Assembly (NCBI RefSeq): GCF_028641065.1
Contig: NC_073402.1
Span: forward strand, 26,226,001 to 26,290,000
From: Leucoraja erinacea
Taxonomy: Eukaryota
Reading direction: 5' to 3'
Length of the DNA stretch: 64,000 nt
The notes below the pieces were generated by a model, which made no database searches, was not told where the DNA came from, and saw only the letters and a list, made by a program, of their open reading frames with translations. How positions within the stretch are numbered: the stretch's first letter is position 1; every line of letters starts with the position of its first letter. Shown piece after piece: positions 61,964-64,000 of this stretch. The translations under genes were made by a program, and so were the position numbers.

Positions 61964-63654
61964 GTGGAGGATAGTGGTGCAGGGATCGCTGGTCGGTCGA
62001 CTTGGTGGGCCGAAGGGCCTGTTTCCATGCTGTAACTCTAAACTAAAACTAAAATATATGTTTTAAAGTTGAACGTGTTTCTCTAGCTCCAATTTTTTTT
62101 AATCCCGAGTGAATTTATCCACTAATGGGTGAGCTCAGGGTCCAGCCGATCACAGCAGATGGCTAAATGAGGGAACCCTTGTGACATAACTAGACCAACA
62201 ACAGGAAGTAACCCTTCAACACATCATTAACATTAGCGGACAGCAAAGGCCCAGTATCTTATCACTGACAGTCTAAATAAGCACTCTCATTTGGCTCAAA
62301 ACCAACCTTCTTATCTTCCACTTATTTAAACTTCAATCGATGTCCTTAAAACCTGACTTAACAAAAAAATAAAACTTATTTTCTTTTTGGAACCAAGCTC
62401 ATTTTCAGTTTCCTAGATGTCAACAGATAAAGACACAAAGTGCTGCAGTAACTCAGCGGGTCTGTCACCATCTTTGGGGAACATGGATAGGCGATGTTTC
62501 GAGTTGGGACCTTTCTTCGAACATTCCCAAAAGTAGGATTTCCTTAATCTAATGCAAGGTATAATAGTCATTAAGAAACCAAACGTCCTCTGGTGTTTTT
62601 GTATTCAATGCCAGATGTGCATTGGACACAAAATGCCCCATTGTTGATTTTAATATTCTCTTGTTCTTTGATTCACCACCCCGCATAAAAATCTTCTAAA
62701 GCATTCCTGGCGATTAGAATTCGCCTCAGTGACCCAACAGCTTAAAATATATCCAGATATATTTATACTATAATATATTACAGTTTATTGTGAAGATAGA
62801 CACAAAAAGCTGGAGTAACAGTGGGTCACGCCACATCTCTGGAGATAAGGAAGAGGTGACATTTCAGGTTGAGATCCTGCTTCAGAAATGTCACCTATTC
62901 TCTCCAGAGATGCTGCCTGACCGGCTGAGTTGGTTGTAATCCAGTTTTTTGTGTCCATCTGCAGTTTAAAGTAGGATCTGCAGTTCCTTCCAACACTTAG
63001 TTTAATGTAAAGGTAGTTTCCAAAGAATACTAGTCACTGCTTACATACTGTCAGGCAGAGACATGTCTATACACATATGCAAACATGCACAGTCATGCAG
63101 CATGGAAACAGGCCCTTCGGCCCAACCTTGACACAATTTACTGGTAAACTGTGACTCCAGTTACACCTCACACTGCCTTGGCAAGGCCACCAGCATTAAG
63201 GATGAGTCTCACCCTGGCCACTCCCTCTTCTCCCCTCTCCCATCAGACAAGAGGGATAGAGGTGTGAAAACACATACTACCAGATTCAGGGACAGTTTCT
63301 TCCCTGCTGTTATCAGGCAACGGAACCATCCTATCAACCAGAACTGGAGAGCAGTTCTGAGCTACTATCTACCTCATTGGAGACCCTTGGACTATCTTTA
63401 ATTGGACTTTATGTTGCACCAAACATTATTCCCTTTATCATGTAGCTGTACACTGTGAAAGTCTTGATTGTAATTATGTATTGTCTTTCTGCTGACTGGT
63501 GAGCATGCAACACGAACTGTTCACTGTACCTTGGTACACATGACAATAAACTAAACATACTCATGCCAACCAAGGTGCCCCATCTCTCCAGATACTCAGA
63601 AGAAATACATATAAACCCCCCAAAAAAGCACACATGAACACAATTACACATGGA

Positions 63655-64000
63655 CATTGTGTGCAGTTTGGGTCCCCTAATTTGAGAAAGGACATGCTTG
63701 CTATTGAGGGAGTGCAGCGTAGATTTACAAGGTTAATTCCCGCGATGGCAGGACTGTCATATGCTGAGAGAATGGAGCAGCTGGGCTTGTGTACTCTGGA
63801 GTTTGGAAGGATGAGAGGGAATCTTATTGAAACATATGAGATTATTAAGGGTTTGGACACGTTAGAGGCAGGAAACATGTTCCCGATGTTGGGGGGAGTC
63901 CAGAACCAGGGGCCACAGTTTAAGAATAAGGGATAAGCCATTTAGAACGGAGACAAGAAAACACTTTTTCACACAGAGAGTTGTGAGTGTGGAATTCTCT
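63655..64000 (+). mobile_element. CR1-clade LINE 3' fragment (runs off the window)
   Basis: CVQF.SPNLRKD..AIEGVQRRFTRLIP..GLSY.ER. Confidence 0.88.

Larger units (their letters stand above)
1800..62053. repeat. Other HE1-like SINE copies at about 1800-2158(-), 3133-3640(+), 5830-6410(+), 10905-11062(-), 11140-11403(+), 12040-12295(+), 13020-13285(-), 15421-16225(+), 18285-18500(+), 30315-30510(-), 31963-32220(+), 33808-34095(+), 35320-35510(-), 36868-37127(-), 37684-37945(+), 39020-39327(+), 40382-40675(+), 41682-41955(+), 43505-43673(-), 45388-45680(-), 49078-49383(-), 50129-50425(+), 52008-52302(-), 56287-56510(-), 59635-59925(-), 61320-61518(-), 61620-62053(+)
   Basis: Shared V-domain and tail. 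These copies explain the recurring GGNRSTRRKP / VGFLR.LRFPPTLQR ORFs in the track. Confidence 0.82.
2238..62995. repeat. Further dispersed P1 copies at about 1838-1935, 2238-2425, 3648-3790, 6920-7060, 12400-12527, 15210-15345, 16730-16915, 17370-17565, 29262-29320, 34340-34690, 40095-40225, 43400-43500, 44050-44255, 45740-45945, 49795-50105, 50737-50870, 58957-59107, 61210-61290, 62430-62520, 62790-62995
   Basis: Shared blocks ggaactgcagatgctgg, gctggagtaactcagcggg.caggcagcatctctggaga, gaagggtctcgacccgaaacgtcacc. Confidence 0.75.
7470..63557. repeat. Other Rex-type 3' ends at about 7470-7546 with 9640-10185(+), 17030-17350(-), 21952-22300(+), 28495-28790(-), 32585-32800(+), 35020-35165(+), 42205-42490(+), 52455-52770(+), 54760-54955(+), 54980-55500(-), 58340-58650(-), 63165-63557(+)
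   Basis: Remnants of T.RFRDSFFP..IR.LN and terminal tttcactgtacctcggtac..gtgacaataaa. Confidence 0.72.

Noticed and set aside
845-62053. SINE heads as tRNA genes, and recurring short ORFs as a protein family
   Set aside because: The A and B boxes run into the V-domain without a complete cloverleaf. The ORFs are translations of the repeat.
326-62995. Palindromic repeats as CRISPR arrays, terminators or classical MITEs
   Set aside because: The context is eukaryotic and the copies are dispersed with no spacer periodicity. Long variable TSDs and the link to a PLE ORF end argue for a retroelement origin.

Overview
This is eukaryotic, repeat-rich vertebrate DNA. Its repeat set (tRNA-derived V-SINEs of HE1 type, CR1/HER1-type LINEs) points to a cartilaginous fish, probably a skate or ray (inference). 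One protein-coding gene is supported: HIVEP3 (Schnurri-3) on the minus strand. It has a ~5.3 kb exon (acceptor before 27909, ATG at 27587, donor after 22629) and a 146-nt coding exon (20543-20688). I did not find the later zinc-finger exons, so they probably lie beyond position 1. The rest is intron or 5' region filled with about 35 SINEs, CR1 and Rex/Babar LINE fragments, a few DNA-transposon remnants and three N gaps. The most interesting signal is a Penelope-like element (PLE) system. It comprises a GIY-YIG C-terminal fragment with its pseudo-LTR, plus more than 20 short, often palindromic derivatives in two families. These carry a minimal type-I hammerhead-ribozyme-like core (CUGAnGA-A-stem II-GAAAC-GUH), 11-17 bp target-site duplications and a consistent ~35-nt arm asymmetry. 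The HIVEP3 leader also holds five uORFs. Repeat boundaries were read by eye and are approximate.
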